Assembly (NCBI GenBank): GCA_963843145.1
Contig: CAWJJC010000028.1
Span: 256,001-320,000 of the forward strand
Reading direction: 5' to 3'
DNA length: 64,000 nt
Origin: an uncultured delta proteobacterium
Lineage (GTDB): Bacteria; Desulfobacterota; RBG-13-43-22
The notes beneath the pieces were generated by a model. It ran no database searches, was not told the DNA's origin, and saw only the letters and a program-made list of their open reading frames with translations. Positions within the stretch are counted from its first letter, which is position 1, and the number at the start of each line of letters is the position of its first letter. The position numbers and the translations under genes were made by a program. Positions 10,943 to 20,415 of this stretch are shown here, in pieces.

Positions 10943-11473
10943 TTACTGTTTTTGGATGATCTCTTTCAAATCCGGATCAAGCAATTCCCAAAGGTGGAGG
11001 TGGCTTTCTACTAAACGGGCAATGTCGCCCAGGTCTTTAAATTTTTTGCTTTGTCTTCTTTCCGTATCTCGCCAGGCTTTGATTTTTCCGCGCAAGGTGT
11101 CGTTCAAAGACGCAACCCGCATGAGGATCCCGTGTATATCTGCTGGAACGGATCGACTCGGGAAATCTTTGTAGAAATCCTCCGTACTCAACTGAAGACC
11201 GACCTTTGAACTACCACGAAAATTGACTGACCAGGGAAAACGTTCCGCTTTGAATCCGGCTTCCTCGAGGAGTTTCGTTGCCAGGTCCACTTTTTCTGCC
11301 GCCACTACGAAATCAACATCTTGGGTGACCATGGCTTCAACCGCCCAATGATTAACAGCGATGCCGCCAATCGCACACCAGGAAAGATCTGCGCGCTCGA
11401 GACAATCAACCAGACGCATGACATCGTCTGTGCCGCCGGCTGTCTGCCAATCAAAAAATTGTTTTGGGGTCAT
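10943..11473 (-). CDS. Nucleotidyltransferase-fold protein (AbiEii-like)
   Basis: IGGIAV..TQDVDFVV (GG + DxD) and KFKDLGDI motifs. Confidence 0.75.
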   Translation of the reverse strand: MTPKQFFDWQTAGGTDDVMRLVDCLERADLSWCAIGGIAVNHWAVEAMVTQDVDFVVAAEKVDLATKLLEEAGFKAERFPWSVNFRGSSKVGLQLSTEDFYKDFPSRSVPADIHGILMRVASLNDTLRGKIKAWRDTERRQSKKFKDLGDIARLVESHLHLWELLDPDLKEIIQKQ

Positions 11474-11521
11474 GTGGCGATCCTTGGGACTCCAGGAAAG
11501 TTGTTCATTTTATTCAGTTAA

Positions 11522-11674
11522 TAACGGTCTCTTTATTATTTTTGCATATAATTTCTCGTCATCCCCGAATGTCTTTATCGGGGATCCAGTGTTTCCCGAG
11601 AAAAACCTGGATTCCCGCTCAAAAGCCCCGCGGGAATGACGCCCTACGATGTTGGTTCTATTTTGAGACCGTTA
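11522..11674. repeat. CGTC-tagged palindrome doublet (11557-11641) inside a short shell with 10-bp inverted ends
   Basis: CGTCATCCCCG..CGGGGATCCAG / CTGGATTCCCGC..GCGGGAATGACG; shell TAACGGTCTC (11522) / GAGACCGTTA (11665-11674). Confidence 0.8.
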
Positions 11675-11736
11675 ACAATATCTTCTCCTCGGCGCCTCGG
11701 AAAAGAAGGGGAGACGGGATGCTCTTCCCCTCTTTC

Positions 11737-13212
11737 TTAAGCGCGAACCTCCACCTTCTTGGCCCGGGTAGGCGGGATCCCGGCCAGGGCTTTGGCCAGT
11801 TTCACCTTCTTTTCCAGGTCGCCTTCCCGGAGGATCATCACCCGCTGGGCCTGGGGGGAGCCGGCGCCGTGCATGGACTCCACCAGGGCCGTGCCGCCGG
11901 TCATGGCCTCGATCAGGCGGCCGATCTTGATGCGGTCTTCAGTGGGGATATTGGCTACCCCGGAGAAGTATTTTTTCACCAGGTGGCCCACGTCTTCGCT
12001 GCGCAAGTCGTATTCGCTGGGCATGGTGGCCAGAAATCCGCCGGCCAGATCGGCGGCCAGGCGGGCCACTTCGAAATGGAAGCGGGTCACGTTCTGTTTG
12101 CAGACGTTGGCCAGCATGGTGTCCACCAGGAAGGCCCCGGAGGGTGTGGGTTTGCCTTCGGCCGAGCAGGCGATGGAGGAGCTGTAGAGGGTCTCGGAAA
12201 GGTGGATCATTTCGGTGATCTTGTCCTTGACATGGGAGGCCTTGGCCGTGCCCTGGATCTGGGTCAGATAGGCCACGGCGCCGGTCAGTACGTCGATCAG
12301 GCCGGTCTTGCAGGCCCCGTAATTGGCCCGGTGGTGGGCGGCGAAGCGGTAGACCAGCAAGCTGGTAAAATCCGTTTCGCCGTTCATAAAGACCCGCTCC
12401 CAGGGGACGAAGACATCTTCAAAGGCAATCACCGCTTCTCCCCCCACCGCGGCAAACGTGGGTTTCCCGGAATCCAGCCGTTCTTTCTTATCCCGCCGGT
12501 CGTCATTGGCCTGGCGGCCGAAAATCATGGTCACCCCCGGGGCATTGGCCGGGATCGCGCAGACCACGGCGTAGTCTTTGGACTTCTCATCCATGGCCGT
12601 GGTGGGCATGACCAGGATCTCGTGGGAGTTGACCCCGCCGGTCATGTGCAGCTTGGCGCCGCGGAGGACGATGCCATCGGCCCGCCGCTCCACGATATGG
12701 AGATACTGATCGGGATCGACCTGATCGGCCGGCCCTTTGGAGCGGTCGCCCTTGGGATCGGTCATGGCGCCGACCACCATCCGATTTTCGTCCTGGATGT
12801 AGATCAGCCATTTTTTGAATCGTTCAAGATAGTCGGTGCCGTATTTCTGGTCGATTTCAAAGGTCACGGAATAGACGGCATTGATCCCATCCAATCCCAC
12901 GCAACGTTGGAAACAGGTGCCGGTCTTTTGGCCCAGCACCCGGAGTAGCTTTACCTTTTTAATCAAGTCCTCCATATTCTGGTGTACATGGGTAAAGCGG
13001 CTGATGGTTTTTCCGGTCAGATGGGAAGTGGCCGTGGCCAGGTCCCTGTATTTCGGGTCGTTAGCCAGGGAATAGGTCATGGCCGCCGAGCGGACATGGG
13101 GCGCCGTAGCCGGGTGCTTGGTGACGTCCTTGATCCGTTTCCCTTTATAGTAAACGACGTGATTCAGTTCCCGAAGGCTTTTCAGATAGTCTTGCGCGGT
13201 TTTGATTTTCAT
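11737..13212 (-). CDS. abfD: 4-hydroxybutyryl-CoA dehydratase / vinylacetyl-CoA isomerase (HpaB/AbfD family)
   Basis: GTCFQRCVGLD Fe-S ligands, AMTDPKGDRS, HHRANYGACK, ESMHGAGSPQAQR. Confidence 0.85.
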   Translation of the reverse strand: MKIKTAQDYLKSLRELNHVVYYKGKRIKDVTKHPATAPHVRSAAMTYSLANDPKYRDLATATSHLTGKTISRFTHVHQNMEDLIKKVKLLRVLGQKTGTCFQRCVGLDGINAVYSVTFEIDQKYGTDYLERFKKWLIYIQDENRMVVGAMTDPKGDRSKGPADQVDPDQYLHIVERRADGIVLRGAKLHMTGGVNSHEILVMPTTAMDEKSKDYAVVCAIPANAPGVTMIFGRQANDDRRDKKERLDSGKPTFAAVGGEAVIAFEDVFVPWERVFMNGETDFTSLLVYRFAAHHRANYGACKTGLIDVLTGAVAYLTQIQGTAKASHVKDKITEMIHLSETLYSSSIACSAEGKPTPSGAFLVDTMLANVCKQNVTRFHFEVARLAADLAGGFLATMPSEYDLRSEDVGHLVKKYFSGVANIPTEDRIKIGRLIEAMTGGTALVESMHGAGSPQAQRVMILREGDLEKKVKLAKALAGIPPTRAKKVEVRA

Positions 13213-13371
13213 GGCTTATATCCTTTTCTGTTTTATTATCTCCAAGTTGTTCCTAACCTAAAAAAAACATAGGTTTTTTTGATCTAAAAAGCAAGTTTTT
13301 TGGGGGAATAGAACCAGGAGAAGGGGAGTTATAATTTTTCTTGACAACTTGACCAATAAATATCAATATCC

Positions 13372-13632
13372 ATGAATAGGAGAAAGAAAATAATGGAGAC
13401 CATAGCGATTGGTGAATTGAAAGCCAATTTTTCAGCCATTCTGGGGCGAGTCAAAAAAGGGGAAAGAATAGTCATCGGTTTTGGGAAGAAAAAGGAAAAG
13501 GTAGCGGTGCTAATGCCCTATGTGAACGGTAAACCCAAAAAAAGTCGAAAACTCGGATTGCTCAAAGGGAAGTCCGGTTACGCGATCAAAGAGGATTTTC
13601 AAATCAGGGACGAAGAACTCCTTTCTCTATGA
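13372..13632 (+). CDS. Phd/YefM-type antitoxin (start may be 13393)
   Basis: IGELKANFSAILGRVKKGERIVI; RKLGLLKGK; ATGA overlap with PIN gene. Confidence 0.85.
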   Translation: MNRRKKIMETIAIGELKANFSAILGRVKKGERIVIGFGKKKEKVAVLMPYVNGKPKKSRKLGLLKGKSGYAIKEDFQIRDEELLSL

Positions 13633-14027
13633 ATTATCTCATTGATACCCATACCTTTTTGTGGGCGGTCTTTGACCCTGACCGGCTGGGTAGTAAAGCC
13701 GGGACCATCCTTCAGGACCCGGATCACATTATCCATGTCAGCGCGGTTTCCTTTTGGGAAATTTCACTCAAATACGCGATTGGGAAGCTCGAACTGTTAA
13801 ATATTCTACCCGATCAATTTCCTGAGGTGGCCAAGCGGATGGAGTTTGAAACGCTCAACCTGACCCCTCAAGAGGCGGCCACTTTTTACAAACTCTCCAA
13901 AGCAGGGCACCAGGATCCCTTTGATCGAATGATTATCTGGCAGGCGATTCACCAAAAAATGGTTCTCATTTCCAAAGACAAGCAGTTTAAGCATTACAAA
14001 GAAATTGGGCTTAAGGTGGTCTGGTAA
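13629..14027 (+). CDS. PIN-domain VapC toxin
   Basis: YLIDTHTFLW, SAVSFWEI, HQDPFDRMI, LISKD. Confidence 0.92.
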   Translation: MNYLIDTHTFLWAVFDPDRLGSKAGTILQDPDHIIHVSAVSFWEISLKYAIGKLELLNILPDQFPEVAKRMEFETLNLTPQEAATFYKLSKAGHQDPFDRMIIWQAIHQKMVLISKDKQFKHYKEIGLKVVW

Positions 14028-14051
14028 GATTCCTTGACTCTACCCGTTTTC

Positions 14052-15806
14052 TTAGGCCCAGCCTCGCAACCGATAGTAATCTTTCAACATCACTTGTAAA
14101 TCTGCTTCTGTAATCACCTTGCCGCTTTCCGGCAGCGCTTCGAGGTGAAACCGTTTAGGCAGAAGGTCGTCGGCCGGGGTCCAGCCTTCCCGGACATTGA
14201 ATTGATGGGTCAACCCGATAACGTGGTTGGTCATTTTTTCAATGTCTTCCTTCCCCCAGGTAAGGCCGGTGGTCATGTGGATGATCCGGGACAGCTCCGG
14301 CCAGGGGTAGAGGTCGCGGTAGAAACGGCAGAGGATCAGGGTGTCGAACAGGCAGAGGCGGTCCTCGAAATCCAGGAATAATTCAGCCTTGCCTTCGACC
14401 TGATCCGGATCGATCATCTTGGTCAGTTCGGCTTTGTAAAAAGTGGCCCGCAGGTGGCAGGCGCCCCGGTCGGAGGTGGAATACCCCAGGCCCACGCCCT
14501 TGAGCACCCGCGGGTCATAGCCGGCCGGCTCCATCCCCTTGACGTGGATGGCGATGTCCTCCAGACCCCATTCCCGGGCCGCGTGCTTGATCCCCTCGGC
14601 CAGGACGGCGCCGATTCCCTGACGATAGACGATTTGCTTGAGCAAGTCCGCAATGGCCGGCACGTCTCCGTATTCCAGTTTGTCCGGGATCTTTCCCCGC
14701 CGGGAGGCCTCGATGGCCAGCCCGGCCAGGTTGCCGGCGGTGATGGTATCGATGCCCAGGCGGTCGCAGATGTCGTTGAGGTAAAGAATCTCCTCGATGC
14801 TCGGAATCAAGCATAGACCGCCGAAGGCGTAAATAGTCTCGTATTCGGGCCCTTCCAAGGTCATACCCTGGCGCGGGCCTTCCTTGACCTTGCTCATCCG
14901 GCCGCAGGCGATGAAGCAGCGGTTGCAGGCCCGGGGCTGGACTTCGCAGCGTTCGTGGAGGCTCTGGGCGCTAATGGCCTCCCAGCCTTCCATCCGGCCC
15001 TTGGACCAATATTGGGTGGGGAAAGCGTTCACGCTGTTAAGGACCGAGACCATCATGGGGGTGCCGAAGTTGCGGTAATTCTGGGCTCCCTTATCGTCTT
15101 TCCCTTTGGCCAGGATCTCCTGGGCAAAGGCCTTCACCTCGTCCGGAAAGGCCATTTCCCGTTTTTGCCGGCCGTAAAAACAAAGGCCTTTGATTTTTTT
15201 GGAACCCAGCACGGCGCCGGTCCCGGTCCGGCCGGCGGAACGCCAGTAGTCGTTTTCCACTACGGCGAAGCGGACCAAATTTTCTCCGGCCGGGCCGATG
15301 ACCAGGGCCGCTCCCCGCTCTTCCGGGGCGCCCATCCGCTTTTTGCCCAGGCGCTTCAGGATTTCATCCTCGGCCGCGTAGGTATCCATCCCCCAGAGGT
15401 CCTGGGCCGGGTGAAAGCGGACCATCTCATCGCTGATCTCCAGGAAGACGGGTTCTCGGGAGGCGCCGGTGATCAGGATGGCGTCGTACCCGGTGCGGCT
15501 GATGGATTCGGCGGCCTTGCCCCCGGAATAGGATTCAGCGTAAAAACCGGTCTGCGGGCTCTTGGTGAAAATCCCGTGGCGGCAGGAGCCATAAATCGGC
15601 GTGTCCGTTACCGGTCCCCCGGCGATGACCAAATGGTTCTCCGGGGCCAGGGGGTCGACACCCGGAGGGTTGTGGTCCAGTAATAAACGGGTGCCCAAGC
15701 CTTTCCCCCCCAGGACCTTTTCCAGTACCTGATCCGAAATTTCCTCCACCCGGAAATACCGCGTCCCCGCGTTGATTTTTAATAGGCGATTAAAAAAGCC
15801 TTTCAT
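14052..15806 (-). CDS. aor: Tungsten-containing aldehyde:ferredoxin oxidoreductase
   Basis: LGGKGLG, IGPAGENLV, AGRTGTGAVLGSK, CNRCFIAC, EGPEYET, HVKGME, RGACH. Confidence 0.93.
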   Translation of the reverse strand: MKGFFNRLLKINAGTRYFRVEEISDQVLEKVLGGKGLGTRLLLDHNPPGVDPLAPENHLVIAGGPVTDTPIYGSCRHGIFTKSPQTGFYAESYSGGKAAESISRTGYDAILITGASREPVFLEISDEMVRFHPAQDLWGMDTYAAEDEILKRLGKKRMGAPEERGAALVIGPAGENLVRFAVVENDYWRSAGRTGTGAVLGSKKIKGLCFYGRQKREMAFPDEVKAFAQEILAKGKDDKGAQNYRNFGTPMMVSVLNSVNAFPTQYWSKGRMEGWEAISAQSLHERCEVQPRACNRCFIACGRMSKVKEGPRQGMTLEGPEYETIYAFGGLCLIPSIEEILYLNDICDRLGIDTITAGNLAGLAIEASRRGKIPDKLEYGDVPAIADLLKQIVYRQGIGAVLAEGIKHAAREWGLEDIAIHVKGMEPAGYDPRVLKGVGLGYSTSDRGACHLRATFYKAELTKMIDPDQVEGKAELFLDFEDRLCLFDTLILCRFYRDLYPWPELSRIIHMTTGLTWGKEDIEKMTNHVIGLTHQFNVREGWTPADDLLPKRFHLEALPESGKVITEADLQVMLKDYYRLRGWA

Positions 15807-15838
15807 GGATAGGACCTCTTGAATTCTGAGATAGGGTT

Positions 15839-15881
15839 ATTTGAATTTGTTACGAATTTAGTGTTTCGAATTTCGGATTTG
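15839..15881 (-). repeat. Single arm of the 7-bp-periodic (AAATTCG/AAATCCG) repeat family
   Basis: Minus strand AAATCCGAAATTCGAAACACTAAATTCGTAACAAATTCAAAT matches arms at 27657-27725 and 28096-28160. Confidence 0.75.
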
Positions 15882-15887
15882 AATTAA

Positions 15888-17048
15888 TTACCAGGCTTCC
15901 TCATATATATGCCGCGCGTCTTCCAGGGCGATGCGCCGGGGATTGTTGGCCAGGAGCCGGGTCACTTTCATGACGCCTTCCGCCAAGGTCGGGATAGCCT
16001 CCTGGGGGATATTCAGGTCCCTGAGCCTCCGGGGGATATTCAGGTCTTCCATCAGGTCCTCGACGGCCTCCAGGGCTTCCAAGGCCGCTTCCTTGTCGGT
16101 CAACGGATCGGTATCGAGGCCCAGGGCCGAACCGATGTCGGCAAACTTGGGCAGGTTGCCCAGCAGGTTGAAGCGCATCACGTGAGGCAGCATGACCGAG
16201 TTGGCCAGTCCGTGGGCCAGGTGGAATTCTCCTCCGAGGGGATAGGCAAAGGCGTGCACCGCCGTCACCCCGGCGTTGGCAAAGGCGATCCCGGCCAGGA
16301 GACTGCCTTCCAGCATGCGGGAGCGGGCTTCCAGGTCTTCCCCCCGGGCATAGGCGGTGCGGATGTTGTCGTAGAGTAGTTCCATGGCCCGGAAGGCCAG
16401 GTGATCCGTCAGGTCGAAGGCGTTGACCGAGGTGTAGGCCTCGATGGCGTGGATCAGGGCGTCCAGACCGGTGAGGGCCGTGACCAGGGGCGGAAGCCCG
16501 ACCGTCAGTTGGGGGTCGAGCAGGGCTACTTCCGGGAAGAGATAGGGACTGACAATCCCTTTCTTTAATTTTTCCTTGGTATCGGAAAGGATGGCGATGG
16601 GGGTGACTTCGCTGCCGGTGCCGGCCGTGGTCGGGACCAAAATTAGCGGCAGGCCGGGGTTGGGGACCAGGTCGATCCCGAAGAGGGCGTCGATCGGGCC
16701 GGGGTTGGTCAGCAACACGGAGGTCACCTTGGCGATATCCAGGGAACTCCCGCCGCCGTAGCCGATGAGCAGGTCCGCAGCCTCCTGACGGGATTTTTCC
16801 GCACACTGCTCCACCACTTCGATCCGCGGGTCGGATTCCACCCCGTCGAAAAGGGCGAAGGGCAGTCCGGCCGCCTTTAAGGGATCGGTCAGGGAATCCA
16901 GCAACCCGGCTTGGATGATGCCCGGGTCGGTGACCACCAGAACTTTTTTCCCCTTGAGAAGCTGTACCTCCGCTCCGATTGTTTCAACGGCCCCGGGGCC
17001 GAAGACGATTCGTTTTGTGGTTCTAAACAAGGTAATGCGGTTTAGCAT
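15888..17048 (-). CDS. Iron-containing alcohol dehydrogenase
   Basis: GGGSSLD, PTTAGTGSEVT, DALIHAIEAY, HAFAYPLG..HLAHG. Confidence 0.95.
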   Translation of the reverse strand: MLNRITLFRTTKRIVFGPGAVETIGAEVQLLKGKKVLVVTDPGIIQAGLLDSLTDPLKAAGLPFALFDGVESDPRIEVVEQCAEKSRQEAADLLIGYGGGSSLDIAKVTSVLLTNPGPIDALFGIDLVPNPGLPLILVPTTAGTGSEVTPIAILSDTKEKLKKGIVSPYLFPEVALLDPQLTVGLPPLVTALTGLDALIHAIEAYTSVNAFDLTDHLAFRAMELLYDNIRTAYARGEDLEARSRMLEGSLLAGIAFANAGVTAVHAFAYPLGGEFHLAHGLANSVMLPHVMRFNLLGNLPKFADIGSALGLDTDPLTDKEAALEALEAVEDLMEDLNIPRRLRDLNIPQEAIPTLAEGVMKVTRLLANNPRRIALEDARHIYEEAW

Positions 17049-17070
17049 AGTAACCTCCTCTTGGAAAGAT

Positions 17071-17718
17071 CTAATCAGCCTGAAACACCACTCCCCGATC
17101 TATCTGGAAAATGTGGTTCAGCAAGCCGGCAGAATGTTGCAAATTGGACTCCGAAAGGATGACCGAAAGCCCCTCATGGATTAATCCCCCCACCACTTCC
17201 ACCAGCCGCTGAGATAGAGCCGGGGCCACGCCTTCAAAGGGCTCGTCCAACAGCAATAGCTTATGGCCGCACATTAACGCCCGGCCGAGGGCCACGAGTT
17301 TCTGTTGCCCGCCGGAGAGTTGAAGGGCCTTTCGCTTGGAGAAGACCTCTAATTCGGGTATCTCCTCGTAGATCTTCTTCAGACGCCGGGCCGCTTCCGG
17401 GTCCCGGCTGGCCCAGGCCGGGAGGAGGATATTTTCTTCTACGGTCAGTTCCGGTATCAAGTCCCGCTCTTCCGGCATATAACCGATTCCCAAACGAGTG
17501 CGGGCGTAGGCCGGGATGGCTCTTAAACTTACCCCGTCGAAATCAACCAGCCCGCTGCTGGCGGGGAGCAAACCCATGATACTGCGCATCAGGGTTGTTT
17601 TCCCGGCGCCGTTGCGGCCGATCAATCCCGCCACCGCCCCGGTCGGGAGCTCAAGCCCCACGCCCCGCAGGATCCTGACCGATTGGATGGAGACATTCAA
17701 ATCCCTAATTTTTAACAT
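17071..17718 (-). CDS. Liv-type ABC transporter ATP-binding protein (LivF-like)
   Basis: GRNGAGKT, LSGGQQK, LLLDEP; start at MLKIRDL. Confidence 0.9.
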   Translation of the reverse strand: MLKIRDLNVSIQSVRILRGVGLELPTGAVAGLIGRNGAGKTTLMRSIMGLLPASSGLVDFDGVSLRAIPAYARTRLGIGYMPEERDLIPELTVEENILLPAWASRDPEAARRLKKIYEEIPELEVFSKRKALQLSGGQQKLVALGRALMCGHKLLLLDEPFEGVAPALSQRLVEVVGGLIHEGLSVILSESNLQHSAGLLNHIFQIDRGVVFQAD

Positions 17719-18517
17719 GATCGGCGCTCCCTTTTTTCCCGGACGCCGGTTGTCCCCCGCCGATGACATACTGGCGCACTTCAGGGTCGGCTAAGACGTC
17801 CTCCGGGTTGCCGTCGGCCAGGACCCGGCCTTCGTAAAAGGCCAGGACGCTGTCGGCGTAGCGGCTGACGATGTCCATATCATGCTCGACAAAAAGGATG
17901 GTTACTCCTTCGGCCCGTAAGGCCTCCAGGATCATGTCCATAATACCGAATTTTTGATCGGCGTTGATGCCGCTGGTCGGTTCGTCCAACAGCAGGATTT
18001 GGGGTTTCCCCACCATGGACATGGCGATGTCTAATACCTTTCGAACCCCCCCGGCCAACACCCGAGCCGGTTTGTTCCGGTAATCGGCCAGGCCGAACCG
18101 CTCCAGCATCGCTTCGGCGGCCTCCAGGTCCGATCGTTTTCGGCCGGGTGAGGGGGCCGTCTTTCGCGAAAAAAAGGATTTTCGGGCCAGGCGAGCGACA
18201 ATTCCCAGCCCGACCAGCAGATTATCCAGCACCGAAAGGGAATCATATAACTGGGGAATTTGAAACGAACGGCAGACGCCCAGCCGGGTGATTTCGCGGG
18301 GCGGCAGGGGGGTGATGTCCAGCCCCCGGAAGTGGATCGTTCCGGAACTGGGCTTCAGATACCCGGTAATCATATTGATGAAGGTGGTCTTTCCGGCGCC
18401 GTTGGCCCCGATAAGGCCGACCACCGTGTCCTTGGTGATGCTGGCGGATATATCCACCGCCGCCGTCACGGCGCCGAAATTTTTGCAGAGGCCATGGGCC
18501 TCCAGGATGGCGTCCAT
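17705..18517 (-). CDS. Liv-type ABC transporter ATP-binding protein (LivG-like)
   Basis: GANGAGKT, RSFQIP, LLLDEPT, VEHDMD; start at MDAILEAH. Confidence 0.9.
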   Translation of the reverse strand: MDAILEAHGLCKNFGAVTAAVDISASITKDTVVGLIGANGAGKTTFINMITGYLKPSSGTIHFRGLDITPLPPREITRLGVCRSFQIPQLYDSLSVLDNLLVGLGIVARLARKSFFSRKTAPSPGRKRSDLEAAEAMLERFGLADYRNKPARVLAGGVRKVLDIAMSMVGKPQILLLDEPTSGINADQKFGIMDMILEALRAEGVTILFVEHDMDIVSRYADSVLAFYEGRVLADGNPEDVLADPEVRQYVIGGGQPASGKKGSADHVKN

Positions 18518-18518
18518 A

Positions 18519-19463
18519 TCACCCGCTCCTTTTGGCCGAGGTAAAAACGGACCAAAGCCCGGAGGGCAGGAAAAAGATAACCAGCAGCAGCGCCGTCCCC
18601 AGGACCATCTGCCAGGTGTTGGGGGAATACTCGTAGGCAAAGCTGCGGATGGCTTCAAAGATCAAAGAACCCAGAAAGGGGGCGGCCACGTGGCCCGTGC
18701 CGGCCAAAATGGCGATAAAGACAAACTCCCCGGAGTTGGTCCAGTAGGACATTTCCGGATCGATATGCCCGACGGTAATGGCCAGCAAGGCCCCGCCCAA
18801 GCCGGCCAGCGCGGCGGCGATGACGTATTTGACATGGATGGCGTTGCGCACCGAAGCCCCCATATACTCTACCCGGATCTCATTGTCCTTGATGGCCGGC
18901 GCCAGACGCCCCAGCGATGTTTTCAGATAGGCGTCCATGAGCAGGGCGACGATTACCAGGGAAACGAGCGACAGGGAGTAAACCCCATAGCGGGTCCAGG
19001 GAGTACCGGCCAAATGGAACCCGAACAGGGTGGGGATGGCCACATTAAAACCATCGGTGCTTCCCAGCGCCGAAGTTTTGACCAGCAATCCATAGAGGAT
19101 CATGGACAAGGCCAGGCTGAGCATGGCAAAGAAAATGCTGCGATAGTTGGCCAGGAGAAACCCCAGCAGGACGGCCACGATCCCGGCGACCAGGGCCCCG
19201 CTGAGTAATAAGAGGGAGCCATCGGTAATCCCGAAGGTGAGACCCAGCCACCCGGCCGTGTACCCGCCCAGACAATAATACAAGCCTTGGCCGAAGGATA
19301 CCAGGCCGGTCCGCAGTAACAGCATCAGCCCCAGGACTACGAATCCTTTGGCGGCCGAGATGGTGACTAAAAAAAGCAGCCAGCGGGGGAAGAAGTAGCC
19401 CGCGGGAAGCAGCACGATCAGGGCCAGGATCAGTCCCTTGGCGGTAAAATCGGTTTTTTTCAT
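18519..19463 (-). CDS. Liv-type ABC permease (LivM-like)
   Basis: GLVSFGQG, FFAMLSLA, hydrophobic profile. Confidence 0.9.
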   Translation of the reverse strand: MKKTDFTAKGLILALIVLLPAGYFFPRWLLFLVTISAAKGFVVLGLMLLLRTGLVSFGQGLYYCLGGYTAGWLGLTFGITDGSLLLLSGALVAGIVAVLLGFLLANYRSIFFAMLSLALSMILYGLLVKTSALGSTDGFNVAIPTLFGFHLAGTPWTRYGVYSLSLVSLVIVALLMDAYLKTSLGRLAPAIKDNEIRVEYMGASVRNAIHVKYVIAAALAGLGGALLAITVGHIDPEMSYWTNSGEFVFIAILAGTGHVAAPFLGSLIFEAIRSFAYEYSPNTWQMVLGTALLLVIFFLPSGLWSVFTSAKRSG

Positions 19464-20356
19464 ATCTTGCGGGCCTCCAGGCCTCCGAATAAGCCTTGCG
19501 GTCGGAAGATCAGCACCAGGGCCATGACCAGATAGATGCTGAAAAGTTCGAATTCGGGCAAATAGTGAACCGCCATGGAGCGCACCAGGCCCACGATCAA
19601 GGAACCCATGGCGGCGCCGGGCAGGCTGCCCAATCCGCCGATGACGACCACGGCAAAGGCCAGGACGATCACCTCGATGCCCATACCGGGGACTACGGAT
19701 ACCGTCGGGGCGGTAGAGGCCCCCCCGATGGCCGCCAGCATGGCCCCCACGGAAAAGGTTACCAGGTAATAGCGGTTGACGTTGATGCCCATGGCCAGGC
19801 TGACTTCCTGGCTGTGGATGACGGCCAAGAGCAGCTTGCCGTGCCTGGTTCTCTGCAGGGCCCAGGTCAGCCCGACCCCGACGACGACCGCCAAACCCAC
19901 CAGGGCGAGACTATAGACGGGATAGGTCAGGCCGGCCAATTCCACGCTCCCCAGCAAGCCGTAGGGCTCGGAGACAAAATAGGGATCGACCCCCCAGATC
20001 AGCTTGATGGCGTCTTCCAGAATAAGAAACAGGGCGAAGGTCACCAGGAGGAGCAGAACTTCATCCTTCCCGTACATGAAACGGAGGAAACCCCGTTCCA
20101 CCAGCGGCCCCATCACCAGTCCCACCGCCACGGCCGCCAGGGCCAGCATGGCGTAACTGCCCAGGGGCGGATAGCCCTGCCCGAGCCAGAAGCTGACGGC
20201 GGTTGCCGCCGTATAAGCCCCCAGGGCGTACAGACTGCCGTGGGCCATGTTCAGGATTTTCAAGACGCCATAAATCAGGGTCAGACCCGCGGCGATGTTG
20301 AACAACCAGGAGGCGTACATGATGCCGTCCACCAGAACGGCCAACCATTCACCCAT
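19460..20356 (-). CDS. Liv-type ABC permease (LivH-like)
   Basis: GLTLIYGVLKILNMAHG, VVVIGGLGS, RPQGLFG. Confidence 0.9.
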   Translation of the reverse strand: MGEWLAVLVDGIMYASWLFNIAAGLTLIYGVLKILNMAHGSLYALGAYTAATAVSFWLGQGYPPLGSYAMLALAAVAVGLVMGPLVERGFLRFMYGKDEVLLLLVTFALFLILEDAIKLIWGVDPYFVSEPYGLLGSVELAGLTYPVYSLALVGLAVVVGVGLTWALQRTRHGKLLLAVIHSQEVSLAMGINVNRYYLVTFSVGAMLAAIGGASTAPTVSVVPGMGIEVIVLAFAVVVIGGLGSLPGAAMGSLIVGLVRSMAVHYLPEFELFSIYLVMALVLIFRPQGLFGGLEARKI

Positions 20357-20415
20357 TTTATGCTCCCGGGATGACCGGGGCCTCGAGGGCCCCGGTCCGG
20401 ATTTGAATATTCAGG

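Noticed and set aside
11464-12948. 494-aa plus-strand ORF and other long antisense ORFs (e.g. 19496-20374, 31007-31966, 62185-62976, 63085-63903)
   Set aside because: Shadow frames of well-supported genes on the opposite strand in GC-rich DNA; no motifs
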